Shown here piece by piece: positions 1-10,676 of a stretch of DNA of 64,000 nucleotides. The position numbers and the translations under genes are program-made. The number at the start of each line of letters is the position of its first letter. Positions within the stretch are counted from its first letter, which is position 1. The stretch lies in the IMG/VR virus record IMGVR_UViG_3300021959_007301, positions 1-64,000 of that record; one strand, given 5' to 3'. Below the pieces are notes generated by a model that was given only the letters and a program-made list of their open reading frames with translations, was not told the origin of the DNA and made no database searches. The DNA is from a virus.

Positions 1-474
1 ATCATCGCAAACTACCTTAACCACATTTCTATCTTCTATTTTAAAGTAATCAGTAATACGTACATACGCATTCCCTACGCAAGTATTCGGTGACTCTGCA
101 AAAGTACGTACCAAAGTGTCAATAGTGTAAGGGTCGATGACAGGTTCGTCACCTTGAATGTTTACGAAGTAATCCCCATCAAGTATCTCAATTGCTTTTG
201 CACATCGGTCTGTTCCAGTGTGACATGGTTCGTCCACCACAACACATGGTATTTCATTTGATGCACAGTACTGATTGATTCGTTCATCGTCTGTAAGAAC
301 AACAACTCTATCTAAGGACTCTGCTTGGATGCATTGATTATAAACCCTATGAATCATAGGGATACCATTTATAAGTTCGAGGGGTTTACCTTCGAATCGA
401 GTTGACTTCCAACGTGCAGGAATTAATCCAATAACTTGATTAAGTCCGACAGTCGGTTTAGAGAGTGTTCGCAT
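1..474 (-). CDS. kdsB: 3-deoxy-manno-octulosonate cytidylyltransferase (CMP-KDO synthetase) family; runs off the window start
   Basis: Not in the ORF track; translated by hand from ATG at 474: MRTLSKPTVGLNQVIGLIPARWKSTRFEGKPLELINGIPMIHRV...HTGTDRC...VNIQGDEP. The IPAR..STR..GKPL, GTDR and NxQGDEP motifs are characteristic of KdsB. Confidence 0.88.
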   Translation of the reverse strand, partial: MRTLSKPTVGLNQVIGLIPARWKSTRFEGKPLELINGIPMIHRVYNQCIQAESLDRVVVLTDDERINQYCASNEIPCVVVDEPCHTGTDRCAKAIEILDGDYFVNIQGDEPVIDPYTIDTLVRTFAESPNTCVGNAYVRITDYFKIEDRNVVKVVCDD

Positions 475-1019
475 TGTACTTCACCGTATCCATAGTTTGC
501 ATGTATAAATTTTACACCAGCACGGTCTGCACATTCTTTATCAGATTGCATATCACCGACATAGACTGCATCTGCAGGGTCTACCTTTAAGTGTGCAAGT
601 GTATATAGTAGTTGGTCAGGTGCTGGTTTACCTCTACTGGAATTACGAGGACAACTGACCCAATCAAAACGTGGGAGTTTCAATAGTATTTGATGAGTCC
701 TATCTTCAGACTTCGATGTAACTATAGCAATCTTGTATGTCTTTTTTAACTCCACTAGTGTATCAAATACACCATCATAAAACTCAACTTTGTTTAGTGT
801 CTCTTTAGAGTAATGGTCGTAGATGCTTTTGATGAGAGTGTGCGAATGATTGATACCTATGGTGTCTAGTATATCCTCAAAGGGTTTACCAATCTCTGCA
901 AAGTATTTCTCAAAGGGAACTTTGATGTTACACTGCAACATTACCATACCCCATGCAGTTCGCATGTTTTCTTTGGAATCTATGAGGACTCCATCTAAGT
1001 CAAAGATTACTGCTTTCAT
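423..1019 (-). CDS. HAD-superfamily phosphatase (phosphoglycolate phosphatase-like)
   Basis: Motif I FDLDGVLIDS, motif II VTSK, KPAP, and VYVGDMQSD. Confidence 0.88.
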   Translation of the reverse strand: MKAVIFDLDGVLIDSKENMRTAWGMVMLQCNIKVPFEKYFAEIGKPFEDILDTIGINHSHTLIKSIYDHYSKETLNKVEFYDGVFDTLVELKKTYKIAIVTSKSEDRTHQILLKLPRFDWVSCPRNSSRGKPAPDQLLYTLAHLKVDPADAVYVGDMQSDKECADRAGVKFIHANYGYGEVQCEHSLNRLSDLIKLLD

Positions 1020-1462
1020 TTTTTCTTGTTTGGTAATAAGTGGTCTTCCGTTAATATTCTAAAACTCATTCGTCTGTCTGCACAAAACTCTTCTGCAGCT
1101 TTCCATTTTGCTTGATTCACTGCATAGGTGGCAATCTCGTTGAGAAATTTTTTGGTTTTACGTTTCTGTTCTTTGGGTGGTAGTGTCTGTCTCTTAGGTT
1201 TAACTTCGATAATCTCACGTAACGATTGTCCCCTAGTGTTCACATACTTTATATAGAAGTCAGGAAAGTATCGATGCACCCTTTTATCGATAGGTGAACG
1301 ATACGGTATGATGATTTCTTCACTTCCCCACTCTATGATAGCAGGATTGTTATCACAATAGACCATAAACTTACGTTCCCATAGAGAACGATAAAAGATT
1401 TTAGTAGGGTCTCCTTTGTATTTTTTATAGTTCTTCGGTTTGAACTTACCACTGTATGACAT
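1016..1462 (-). CDS. gp4: T4 gp4-like head completion protein
   Basis: YSGKFKPKNYKKYKGDPT.I.YRSLWE, WGSEE, YFPDF, IEVKP; divergent from gp48/gp53 as in T4-like phages. Confidence 0.9.
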   Translation of the reverse strand: MSYSGKFKPKNYKKYKGDPTKIFYRSLWERKFMVYCDNNPAIIEWGSEEIIIPYRSPIDKRVHRYFPDFYIKYVNTRGQSLREIIEVKPKRQTLPPKEQKRKTKKFLNEIATYAVNQAKWKAAEEFCADRRMSFRILTEDHLLPNKKK

Positions 1463-1493
1463 AAATAACTGTAAACTCTTTAGGATTATTTAT

Positions 1494-2570
1494 ATGTCAT
1501 TCATTGATAAACTTTTAAGTAAAGTAAACAAGGCAAAGTCTGCACTCAATTCAGTCAAAGGTATTGAGAGTAAAATCAAAAGTCTCAACTTCAACTCAGT
1601 TATTGACCAACTGGGAGAACAAGCACGTGAGGCAAGAGAAAGTTTAGAAGAGAGACGTTCAAGTCTTGAGTCTCAAATTAGTTCATCTACTCAAAATAAA
1701 GGATTTGCAAAAGCAAATCCTGCAACATCATTTACAGATTTACAATATCCTTTAGAGGATTTAGATAATTGGATTGTTTTCACCACTCGTCCAAGAAAGA
1801 AACGAGGTGGTGGTAGAAATGCAAACTTACTTTCAGATAATAATCAAGTTGAAATAAAATTGTATGTACCTGATGGTCTATTATCACAAGCAAACGTCAC
1901 CTACAATGCAAAAGGACAGAGTGCTGCCATCCAAGCAATTGCAGATGTTATTGAAGGATTTGGTGAGAATGGTCTGAGTGCAGAATCATTTGAGAATATG
2001 GGTACAGAAGCAATGAGTGCAATTAAATCTGTAGGTAATAAAATGGCAGATTCTATAACAGGAGGATTGACTAATCTTACACAAGGTCGTGCAGTTAATC
2101 CTATGCAAGAACAAATGTTAGATGGTATTGGATTTAGGTCATTTAACTTTACATATGAATTCTATCCTAAATCACAAAAAGAAGCAGAGATGATGAATAA
2201 TATCATTTTCTCATTTAGAACTGCTATGTTGCCTGATACATTTGCACCCCAAGACGGTGGAGACATAGAAAACTTTTTCAACTATCCAAACATATTTGAT
2301 GTAGAATTTGAAGGCCCAATTTCAGAAAAGGTTGATGGTTTCTTACCTATGGTATGTTCAAAATGTGATGTTGACCATACTGGTGGACAAAAGTTCTCAA
2401 CATTCGTAGATGGTCAACCTATTAAAACAACATTAACAATGGAATTCTTAGAGATTAAGATTCTATCTCAAGAGAACTATGTACAAATCAGTCCGTTTGC
2501 AGAACAATTTAGAGGTGAAATTTCAGGTGGTACAAGTGTTCTTGAAGAGTCAACTGGTGGAGGCGGATAA
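1494..2570 (+). CDS. gp48: Baseplate tail-tube cap, gp48-like
   Basis: NP.QEQM..GIGFRSFNFTYEFYPKS..EA, YPNIF, LTMEFLEIKIL; ATG 1494 preferred over the ORF-track start at 1440. Confidence 0.8.
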   Translation: MSFIDKLLSKVNKAKSALNSVKGIESKIKSLNFNSVIDQLGEQAREARESLEERRSSLESQISSSTQNKGFAKANPATSFTDLQYPLEDLDNWIVFTTRPRKKRGGGRNANLLSDNNQVEIKLYVPDGLLSQANVTYNAKGQSAAIQAIADVIEGFGENGLSAESFENMGTEAMSAIKSVGNKMADSITGGLTNLTQGRAVNPMQEQMLDGIGFRSFNFTYEFYPKSQKEAEMMNNIIFSFRTAMLPDTFAPQDGGDIENFFNYPNIFDVEFEGPISEKVDGFLPMVCSKCDVDHTGGQKFSTFVDGQPIKTTLTMEFLEIKILSQENYVQISPFAEQFRGEISGGTSVLEESTGGGG

Positions 2571-3283
2571 TGGCAAACGAACTATTTAAAAATTTTCCTA
2601 AGATAGGATATCGATTAGAGAGTGGTAAGTATGTCACCATCAGAGACTTCTTTAGAAAATCTACTGTTGAACAAAGTTTTATAAATGATATCATAGATTA
2701 TGAGTATTATGAATTGCAAGATGGTGAAAGACCTGATATCGTTGCAACTAAAATCTATGGTAACGGTGACTTACACTGGACATTATTTCTAGTTAACGAA
2801 TTCTTAAACTATAACGACTGGCATAAAGACACTGAAACTTTTGATATATACATGAAAGAAAAATATCCAGGCCATTATCTTACTGTAACAAATGTATCTG
2901 ATTTAATAGACCAAGACAAAAAATTCCTCTTGGGGGAAAAAATATCAACCCCTGTTGGACACGGAAGAGTGTTACAATTACAACCTACATATAAAAGACT
3001 AGGTGTAACTAATAGCACTAAATGGAGAACTGGTGATGTAATCACTGGTGAAGTTAGTGGTAAATCATTTGAAATAGAAAATGTCATTGAGATGAAAGAT
3101 GGCGTGTCTCATTATGTTAATTCAGATGGTTTAAAGAAAAACTATTTTGAAAATGGTTATACCTCCGTTTCATTGATAGAACATGAAATGGAACACAATG
3201 AGGAAAAACGTAAAATCAAAATCATTAGACCTGAACTAATCAATAGAGTGGTAAATGAGTTTGAACGTTTAATGTCTAATTAA
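2570..3283 (+). CDS. gp53: Baseplate wedge subunit gp53-like
   Basis: F..FP.I.Y start, DGERPDIVATKIYG...LHW, NEEKRKIKIIRP. Confidence 0.88.
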   Translation: MANELFKNFPKIGYRLESGKYVTIRDFFRKSTVEQSFINDIIDYEYYELQDGERPDIVATKIYGNGDLHWTLFLVNEFLNYNDWHKDTETFDIYMKEKYPGHYLTVTNVSDLIDQDKKFLLGEKISTPVGHGRVLQLQPTYKRLGVTNSTKWRTGDVITGEVSGKSFEIENVIEMKDGVSHYVNSDGLKKNYFENGYTSVSLIEHEMEHNEEKRKIKIIRPELINRVVNEFERLMSN

Positions 3284-4734
3284 TGGAAAAGAGAAACTTC
3301 AATCCTGGCGAGTTTGTCATTGAAGCAATGACACTAGTTACACCTGAGGGTGATTCAATTGCAATCGAAGGTATTGTTGCAAACTTTCGTCTGTTTGAAA
3401 GTATCTACAATAAGTTTGTATCAGCAGACATTTCTATTATCGATGGTGTCAACCTTTTAAAGAATTATAAAATCACTGGACAAGAACATGTTAGATTATC
3501 ACTGCGTGGGAAAGAGGGAGTTGGGGATACATCTGAAAAGAAATTCTCAATAGATAAAACTCTAAGAGTCTATAAAGTCCTTAACAATATAAGAGTTGAT
3601 GATAAGTCACAAACTTATCAACTTAAATTATGTGAACCGAGATTGTTTTACATCCAAAAACAAAGAATGAGCAGAACATTTAGAGGTTCATACTCATCAA
3701 TGATTTTGAAAACGATGAAAGAATTCGGAAGCATGAAGGATGCAGAAGTAGACTTTTGGGAATCAACACTTCCACAAAATGTACAGTTCATATGTCCCAA
3801 TTGGACAATCAATAAATTTTTAGATTACTGTGTAAACAATGCAGATAGGTCAGTCAATGCAGCTTGGAGAAACGGATACTTTTTATTTCAGACATTAAAT
3901 GGTGGATTTAGATTCATGTCAGTTGATGAGATGTTTGAAAGAGAATTTCCAGTTGCATTTAATTACTACCCTAAATCTGCAAGTGTCGATTCACTTGATA
4001 TACCTATCAATGCACCAGGCGGTTTAAACTCTACTGTCCTAAGATACGAGAAACCACAATTGTTTGATACACTACGTGGTCAAATTGCAGGTGCTTATGC
4101 ATCTTCAACTAGAGTGTACAATCCTCTGAAAAAAATTGAAGAAGAACATCATTATGACCTTGCAAAAACTATGAAACGAGGTACACACCTTTCAGGATTT
4201 CCAATAATTAGATTAGATGATGAAGAGGTGATACTAGAACCTGAAAACCAAATAGACCCATTTGTAAGTCCACCCTCAGTTCCTAAAGATGCTGATTTTG
4301 CACCTAATAAGGCATTCAATAGTGTAGTTATTGAAGACTTTAACATGATGCATAACTATGGTGAAGCAGATGATATTACCTTACCTGAAATTTTTGAAGG
4401 TAATAAAGTTGTAGATTCTGCAAGACTAGAGAGACGTGCATTGTTAGAGATACTTCAACAACATGTTATGAAACTTGACATTCCTTTTAGAACAGATATC
4501 AGTTGTGGTTCAATTATTACACTAGATATACCTGAACCTGAAGTTAAAAAACCTGATAATAAAATTAAAAACGAATTAAATGACAATAGATATCTTATAA
4601 CAGATTTATGTTTTGAGGGTTATCCGTTTAAGAAGAGTGGTGTAATACATGTAGAATGTGTTAAAGAAAGTTTTGCAAAAGATATTGCATCTTATAAACC
4701 ACTTGAGAATGTTGCTGGTGGAGAAGTTATATAA
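3283..4734 (+). CDS. Probable baseplate hub protein
   Basis: Lies between gp53 and gp5; ESIYN.FVSA.I.I.DG.NL N-terminus and YLITDL C-terminus resemble phage hub proteins. Confidence 0.6.
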   Translation: MEKRNFNPGEFVIEAMTLVTPEGDSIAIEGIVANFRLFESIYNKFVSADISIIDGVNLLKNYKITGQEHVRLSLRGKEGVGDTSEKKFSIDKTLRVYKVLNNIRVDDKSQTYQLKLCEPRLFYIQKQRMSRTFRGSYSSMILKTMKEFGSMKDAEVDFWESTLPQNVQFICPNWTINKFLDYCVNNADRSVNAAWRNGYFLFQTLNGGFRFMSVDEMFEREFPVAFNYYPKSASVDSLDIPINAPGGLNSTVLRYEKPQLFDTLRGQIAGAYASSTRVYNPLKKIEEEHHYDLAKTMKRGTHLSGFPIIRLDDEEVILEPENQIDPFVSPPSVPKDADFAPNKAFNSVVIEDFNMMHNYGEADDITLPEIFEGNKVVDSARLERRALLEILQQHVMKLDIPFRTDISCGSIITLDIPEPEVKKPDNKIKNELNDNRYLITDLCFEGYPFKKSGVIHVECVKESFAKDIASYKPLENVAGGEVI

Positions 4735-5789
4735 TGGAAACTTTTTTTGGAGTAGTAGAAGACAGACATGACCCTCTCAAAGTAGGTAGGGTTCGTGTAC
4801 GTATTCACGGTATTCATACAGACAACAAATCAGAGATTGCAACACCTGACCTTCCATGGGCTCATGTAATTCTTCCAACTACTGCAGGTGGTTTATCAGG
4901 TATCGGATTTAACTCACACGGTCTCGTAGAAGGTGCAACCGTATTCGGTTTCTTTAGAGATGCGACCAAACAAGACCCTGTAGTGTTAGGAGTGTCAACA
5001 GGTATCACTACAGATGGATACAAACAAACAGTTGATGGTACTATCCTATCTCGTAAAGTAGACAAAGGATTCAATGACCCACGTAGATTAAAAGAAGAAG
5101 ATTATAAGGACACAGAAGATGGTGTATCACCAACCTCTGCACCAAACAGGTCATGGGGTTTGACATATGCATTGGACACTGCACCCAAACAACCATCAAT
5201 TGAAGGAAGAGATATCAAGTACGATGGAAGTGGTTCGTCAGTTGACCATGCAGAAATTAAAGAGGATGAACTTCCATACTACCCACTGAACTTTGAAGAA
5301 TCAGACATATCAAAGTTTGCCCGTGGTGAAGGTGACTATAGTGTCAGAAAGATTAACTCCATAAAAGGTATGGAACACTATCCAAACTCACCTGCAAATC
5401 CAGTGTATCCATACAACAAAGTTTTACATACAGAGTCAGGACACTTAATAGAAATAGATGACACATTCGAAGCAGAAAGACTTGCAATCGAACATAGGTC
5501 AGGAACCTTTACAGAGATACACCCTGATGGTTCTGAAGTCCACCATGTAGTGAATGACCACTACCATGTTACATGTAAAAACCAAGAAGTCTATGTTGGT
5601 GGTAATGTTAATGTACGTATTTTAGGAAATGCCAAAATCCACGCAAATGGTAATGCAGATGTGACAGCATACGGAGACGGTAAGTTTGACGTATCAGGAA
5701 AAATGGATATCAGGTCAGGTAAAGACATGAATCTCACTTCTGCTCGTAATATCGTATTGAGTGCAGTGGAAGTGAAGATGAATTCATGA
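4734..5789 (+). CDS. gp5: Baseplate central spike gp5-like (OB fold plus beta-helix; no lysozyme domain evident)
   Basis: FFGVVEDRHDPLKVGRVRVRIHG, LPWA, YPYNKV..TESGH..EIDDT...ER...HRSGT. Confidence 0.9.
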   Translation: METFFGVVEDRHDPLKVGRVRVRIHGIHTDNKSEIATPDLPWAHVILPTTAGGLSGIGFNSHGLVEGATVFGFFRDATKQDPVVLGVSTGITTDGYKQTVDGTILSRKVDKGFNDPRRLKEEDYKDTEDGVSPTSAPNRSWGLTYALDTAPKQPSIEGRDIKYDGSGSSVDHAEIKEDELPYYPLNFEESDISKFARGEGDYSVRKINSIKGMEHYPNSPANPVYPYNKVLHTESGHLIEIDDTFEAERLAIEHRSGTFTEIHPDGSEVHHVVNDHYHVTCKNQEVYVGGNVNVRILGNAKIHANGNADVTAYGDGKFDVSGKMDIRSGKDMNLTSARNIVLSAVEVKMNS

Positions 5790-8374
5790 CAGTAGAACCT
5801 GCAAAAATAGAAATCCCTACAATAATTCCTTGTCCTGAAGGGGATCTCTTCAATCTACCCACAAAGGCAGACCTTATCAATGCATTCAATCAGATAGGTC
5901 AAATCCCAAGTAAACTTGAAGCAAAACTTTTAGAGTTTAGAACAACCAGTGAAAGAGAGATTGGTGAACTTTATCAACAACTCAAAACTGGTGAAGGATT
6001 AACCGATGAACAACGTCAAGGTATCTTAAGCACCATTGCAACTCTAGAATCACTTACTGAAGGTTATAATACTGTAAGAACTGGTGGACAACCTAAAACT
6101 GTCGGTGGATGGAATCCTCATGTGTATGCAGGGGCTACAGTAGTTATGGATGAACTTCTTTATAGAAGTAGAGGTAGAATAACATCGTCACTTCGTAATG
6201 GTGATGTTATATCATTTGCACATTATTTGGGAAATGTTCCTGAAGATGATGTGGGATTAACAGGACGATATGATATTTGGAATAACATGCCAGGCATTCC
6301 ACAGGGCCCACAATCTTTTAGAATTTGGGTTTCGGTAGAGCCAGGTGGCCCACCTATTGAACGTGCAGGATACAAATATGAGGGGTTTTCAAAACAACCC
6401 AACCCTGCAACTTGGACGTGGTCACAAAGTAGAAATAACTTAGGAAGAGCTGGTGTATGGCATTTAGGTTTCTTTGAAAGAATCGTGTATGTAAACTTTG
6501 AAATATTTGGTGGTTGGTGGGACACTAACTTCTATAGACTTCCTGATGCATATGCTGGAGGTAGAGAAATACCTGAAGGTCAAGATGGTATTCCGTATGA
6601 TTACTATGTATTTTGGTTTAGGTCATATTGGGTCGATAATATAGAATATGATGAGAACGGTGTTGGATACAGGGTTGCACCCAATGTTCCAACATTACCT
6701 GATGAATGGATGAAAGTGATAGAAGAAGGTGCAGAGAGAAGAGAGGCAGGTGGAGGTGTCATTACTGCTGCAAATCAAACACCCCCTGATCCAGGCGAAG
6801 AAGCAATAAAAAATGAAACTGCAGATAAAGTTGCATCCATCTTAACTACTATTTTATTAATAGATGAAACTATTAAGACTATCAGGGAGTTAATGGAAAC
6901 TATCGAAGATGCATTAGAACCTTGGTGGAATAAAGACCAAAATCGTAACTGGCAAAAAGAATGTAACGATGCAATCACTAAAATGATGGCAGAGTTTCAT
7001 TTGTATATCCCTATTAAAATTGCAGAATTTGTTAAGAAGTTTTTTAGTATAAACTTCACAATTACAGTTTTTACCATCTCCATTGATATGCTTGAACTTG
7101 TTACATCACCTGATTATAAGAAATATCTCAAAGACCAAATTGCAGGTTCAGAGATAGTAAAACAGATTATAAGTGTTAAAGAAGATATTGAAAAGTTAGA
7201 TGAAGAACTCAACAAACTAAAAGAAGACCCACAATCACTAAGTGCTGAAGCAGAAGCAAAACTCTTAGAAGAAAAGGAGAATTTAGAAAAGACACTTGGT
7301 GAGCTCACACTTTCAAGACTAGAGTTTGTTGATAAAATTTATCAGTTATTACCTGACCACTGTAAAGCATTTGATGGTGAGTTAGGATTAGAAGACGTTG
7401 ATGCAAAAGTTGAACAAGCATTTCAATGTATCGAATTAGAAATAAAAGACTGGATGTTGAATTGGCATATAAAAGCATTTAAAGCACTTATAGATTTGTT
7501 TGACGAGATATGGGACTTATTGGGTTTACCTGACTTACCATTCAGTGAAATTATGGATGTATTAAACTTAGATATAAATGAACTCATTGATAAAGCAGTA
7601 CAGTATATCAAAGATGAATTTGATAAAACAAAACTAGGTATTCAGAAAAAAATAAATGAAATCGATAAACTAATTGAAGATAATCCTGATATGGATATCG
7701 CTGCAAAAGAAGAGTTATTGTTGGAGAGAAAAAAACTTGAAGATGAACTCTTCAAAGAGATGAATGAATTTAGACAAAGGATTAGGGATGCAATACTAGA
7801 ACTTTCAATTTTTGGAATGTCAGTAAGAGATATTATTGGTGATGAAATTGAGACAACAGTGAAGTCAATTGAACAAGAAATTGCAGAGTTTAAACTTGCA
7901 TTGCAAGACTTTAAAGTTAATTGGGCATCTAAACTGTTTTGGGCATGGGTCAAACTTATTAAAAAGTTCTTAGATAAAATAGGATTAGGTATAATATTCG
8001 AGTTCCTTAATTTAACATTCTGTGATTTCCTAAAAATGGTTGGACTACCTCTCGGTATTAGTTTAAATCTTCCTGATTTTGGTGAGATTGATGGTAATCC
8101 GATTGCAGATGTTGTTAGTACAAAACCAAAAGTAACTGTAAGGGGTACAAGTATTGATGAATCACTAGACGAAACGTCTTTCGAAGCAGACGGTTCTCGT
8201 GTTGATTTCCCAACAGATGGTTCAGGTAGTAATACATATGTCTTCATAGATGGGGTACGTCAGAAACCTAATACATACACTGATAATGAAGATGGGACTA
8301 TAACATTCAATTCTGCACCCATAAATGGAATTGTTTCTGTATTCCTCTCTAACAAATCATTACCTGTGTTATAA
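5786..8374 (+). CDS. Large hypothetical virion/baseplate-associated protein (helical, with an aromatic-rich insert and a C-terminal beta domain)
   Basis: 862 aa ORF coupled to gp5; long charged heptad stretches; C-terminal VFIDGVRQ..ITFNSAP module. Confidence 0.6.
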   Translation: MTVEPAKIEIPTIIPCPEGDLFNLPTKADLINAFNQIGQIPSKLEAKLLEFRTTSEREIGELYQQLKTGEGLTDEQRQGILSTIATLESLTEGYNTVRTGGQPKTVGGWNPHVYAGATVVMDELLYRSRGRITSSLRNGDVISFAHYLGNVPEDDVGLTGRYDIWNNMPGIPQGPQSFRIWVSVEPGGPPIERAGYKYEGFSKQPNPATWTWSQSRNNLGRAGVWHLGFFERIVYVNFEIFGGWWDTNFYRLPDAYAGGREIPEGQDGIPYDYYVFWFRSYWVDNIEYDENGVGYRVAPNVPTLPDEWMKVIEEGAERREAGGGVITAANQTPPDPGEEAIKNETADKVASILTTILLIDETIKTIRELMETIEDALEPWWNKDQNRNWQKECNDAITKMMAEFHLYIPIKIAEFVKKFFSINFTITVFTISIDMLELVTSPDYKKYLKDQIAGSEIVKQIISVKEDIEKLDEELNKLKEDPQSLSAEAEAKLLEEKENLEKTLGELTLSRLEFVDKIYQLLPDHCKAFDGELGLEDVDAKVEQAFQCIELEIKDWMLNWHIKAFKALIDLFDEIWDLLGLPDLPFSEIMDVLNLDINELIDKAVQYIKDEFDKTKLGIQKKINEIDKLIEDNPDMDIAAKEELLLERKKLEDELFKEMNEFRQRIRDAILELSIFGMSVRDIIGDEIETTVKSIEQEIAEFKLALQDFKVNWASKLFWAWVKLIKKFLDKIGLGIIFEFLNLTFCDFLKMVGLPLGISLNLPDFGEIDGNPIADVVSTKPKVTVRGTSIDESLDETSFEADGSRVDFPTDGSGSNTYVFIDGVRQKPNTYTDNEDGTITFNSAPINGIVSVFLSNKSLPVL

Positions 8375-8377
8375 ATA
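8370..8377 (+). promoter_or_regulatory. T4 late promoter TATAAATA upstream of gp25
   Basis: Exact consensus immediately before the ATG. Other exact copies at 15642, 27244, 28717, 46389, 48972, 51636, 58695 and 59280; gp55 is in the window. Confidence 0.8.
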
Positions 8378-8382
8378 GTTAC

Positions 8383-8805
8383 ATGGTAGATTACGTAAAG
8401 TCAGAAGGCAAGACAATTGCCACCAAAGCTGCATATGCAGACTTGGATTTATCCTTTAAACCTCATCCGATTACAGGTGATATTACACTTCGTAAAGACA
8501 CGGATGCAGTTAGACGTGCTGTTAGGAACATTATACAAACGAATAAATATGAAAGACCCTTTAAACCTAACTTCGGTGCATCAGTAAGAGATAATCTATT
8601 TGAACTAGACACCACTAGTAAGGTTAAAAGACTTAAGAATAAAATCAAAGAACAAATCGAAAGATTTGAACCTCGTGCAAGAGACGTAGATGTTTCTTTT
8701 AATACATTGGGTGATAATAATAAATTAGACGTAACAGTTTTCTACAGTATAGTTAATGGACTAAGGGGTCAACAGATAAACTTCACAATTACTAGGGTTC
8801 GATAA
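8383..8805 (+). CDS. gp25: Baseplate wedge subunit gp25
   Basis: DLDLSF..HP.TGD, AVRRAVRNII.T..YERPF.P.FG, FEPR. Confidence 0.92.
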   Translation: MVDYVKSEGKTIATKAAYADLDLSFKPHPITGDITLRKDTDAVRRAVRNIIQTNKYERPFKPNFGASVRDNLFELDTTSKVKRLKNKIKEQIERFEPRARDVDVSFNTLGDNNKLDVTVFYSIVNGLRGQQINFTITRVR

Positions 8806-10676
8806 TGGCAATAGACAGTTCAAAAATTAATGTATCCGATTTAGACTTCGATGAGATTGCACTTAATCTCAAGTCTTATCTAAAAGGTCAAGAGAAATTC
8901 AAAGACTATGACTTCGAAGGGTCAACAATGTCTATGCTTATTGACTTACTTGCATACTCATCACATATCAGTGCAGTAAACACAAACATTGCAGCTTCAG
9001 AGTTATTCTTAGACTCTGCACAAATTAGAAAGAATGTAGTGTCACGTGCAAAGGACTTAGGGTTTACACCTGCATCAGAAAAATGTTCTTCTGCAATTGT
9101 AGATATTAATCTAAGAAATGTAAGAAATCCTGATGGGTCATTACCATCAACTACAAATATGATTCTTCAAAGGGGTGCTATCTTTAGTACTTCATATGAC
9201 GGTACAACTTATGAGTTTGTTGTACCTAGTTCAGTAAGACCTCAACAAAACAAAACAAATTATTTTTATTCTGATGTAAACTTAGTACAAGGTCAGTATG
9301 TAACCGACAAGTACATACATGATAATCAAATACAAAATCCAAAGTATGTGTTATCAAATAGTAGAGTTGACAAGTCACACATCACAGTTACTGTAGATTC
9401 AAATGGTGATATAGAAACCTACACTTTGTCTACAGATATCTCAAACATCAACACTGAATCAAGAGTGTATTATGCTCAAGAGAATGATGAACAGTTTACA
9501 GAGATTTATTTTGGTGACGGTGTATTAGGTAAGAGATTAAAAGACGGTGACCTCATCACTGTAACTTATATTGTGGTAGATGAAGAACATGCTGATGGTG
9601 CAAACATCTTCAACATGCAGAGTGGTATCAACGGTTTCTTTGATGCAGTTATTACAACTAAACAGAGTTCAACAGGTGGTGCAGAGAAAGAATCAATTGA
9701 GTCTATCAAGTTTAAAGCAAACAAATTCTACACTTCACAAAACAGACTGGTAACATTGAATGACTACAAAGCAAAGGTCAGTGAGTATTATCCGAATGCA
9801 GATGCAGTTGCAGTGTGGGGTGGTGAAGACAATGACCCACCTGAGTATGGTAAAGTGTTCCTTGCAATCAAACCAAACAATGCAGACTATCTATCAGACA
9901 CAGAAAAGAAAACAGTAGTAGACAAATTAAAGGCACTAAACATTTTAACAGTAAGACCTATTATTGTCGAACCTGAAATCACTAAGATTCTTTTATCAAC
10001 TACTTTCAAATATAATGCAAAGAATACTGACCTATCGGTAGGTGAATTGGAAAACATAGTGACCAATGCAATCAATGAATTTGATGCAACTAATCTAAAC
10101 AATTTTGATTCAGTGTTTAGACATTCAAAACTATTACAATCAATCGATGCATCAAATACTGCAATCCTTTCTAACACAACTAATGTTAGATTGAAAAAGA
10201 ATTTGACTGCAAGTATTAACGCAGAAAAGGGATACACTGTAAACTTTGGTAATGCATTGTATAACCCTCATGACAATCACAATAAAGCAGGTGGTGGTGT
10301 TGTATCATCCACAGGTTTTAAGATACAAGGTGATTCTGTAAATACACAATACTTTGACGAAGATGGTGCTGGTAATCTAAGAAGATACTACCTATCAGGT
10401 TCAACAAGAATTTATCAAGACAGTGCTGCTGGTACTATTGAGTATTCCAGTGGAAAAATTACAATCAATGCCATCACATTCACCTCAACGGTTAATGTTG
10501 ATAGTACGATTGACTTCACTATTATTCCTGACGGTAACGATGTCGTTGCAACAAGGGGTAGTTTGATTGACATATCAGTTGATGATGTGAAAGTCAAAGG
10601 TGAAGTAGACACCATCGCAAGTGGTGAAAGTAGTGCTGGTGTTGGATATCGTTCAACATCTAGTACAAATTATTAA
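8805..10676 (+). CDS. gp6: Baseplate wedge subunit gp6
   Basis: LDFDEI..NLK.YLK.Q..FKDYDFEGS, FLDSAQ.R..VVS.AK.LG, FGDGVLG, QNRLVT..DY, WGGEDN.PP.YGKV. Confidence 0.95.
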   Translation: MAIDSSKINVSDLDFDEIALNLKSYLKGQEKFKDYDFEGSTMSMLIDLLAYSSHISAVNTNIAASELFLDSAQIRKNVVSRAKDLGFTPASEKCSSAIVDINLRNVRNPDGSLPSTTNMILQRGAIFSTSYDGTTYEFVVPSSVRPQQNKTNYFYSDVNLVQGQYVTDKYIHDNQIQNPKYVLSNSRVDKSHITVTVDSNGDIETYTLSTDISNINTESRVYYAQENDEQFTEIYFGDGVLGKRLKDGDLITVTYIVVDEEHADGANIFNMQSGINGFFDAVITTKQSSTGGAEKESIESIKFKANKFYTSQNRLVTLNDYKAKVSEYYPNADAVAVWGGEDNDPPEYGKVFLAIKPNNADYLSDTEKKTVVDKLKALNILTVRPIIVEPEITKILLSTTFKYNAKNTDLSVGELENIVTNAINEFDATNLNNFDSVFRHSKLLQSIDASNTAILSNTTNVRLKKNLTASINAEKGYTVNFGNALYNPHDNHNKAGGGVVSSTGFKIQGDSVNTQYFDEDGAGNLRRYYLSGSTRIYQDSAAGTIEYSSGKITINAITFTSTVNVDSTIDFTIIPDGNDVVATRGSLIDISVDDVKVKGEVDTIASGESSAGVGYRSTSSTNY

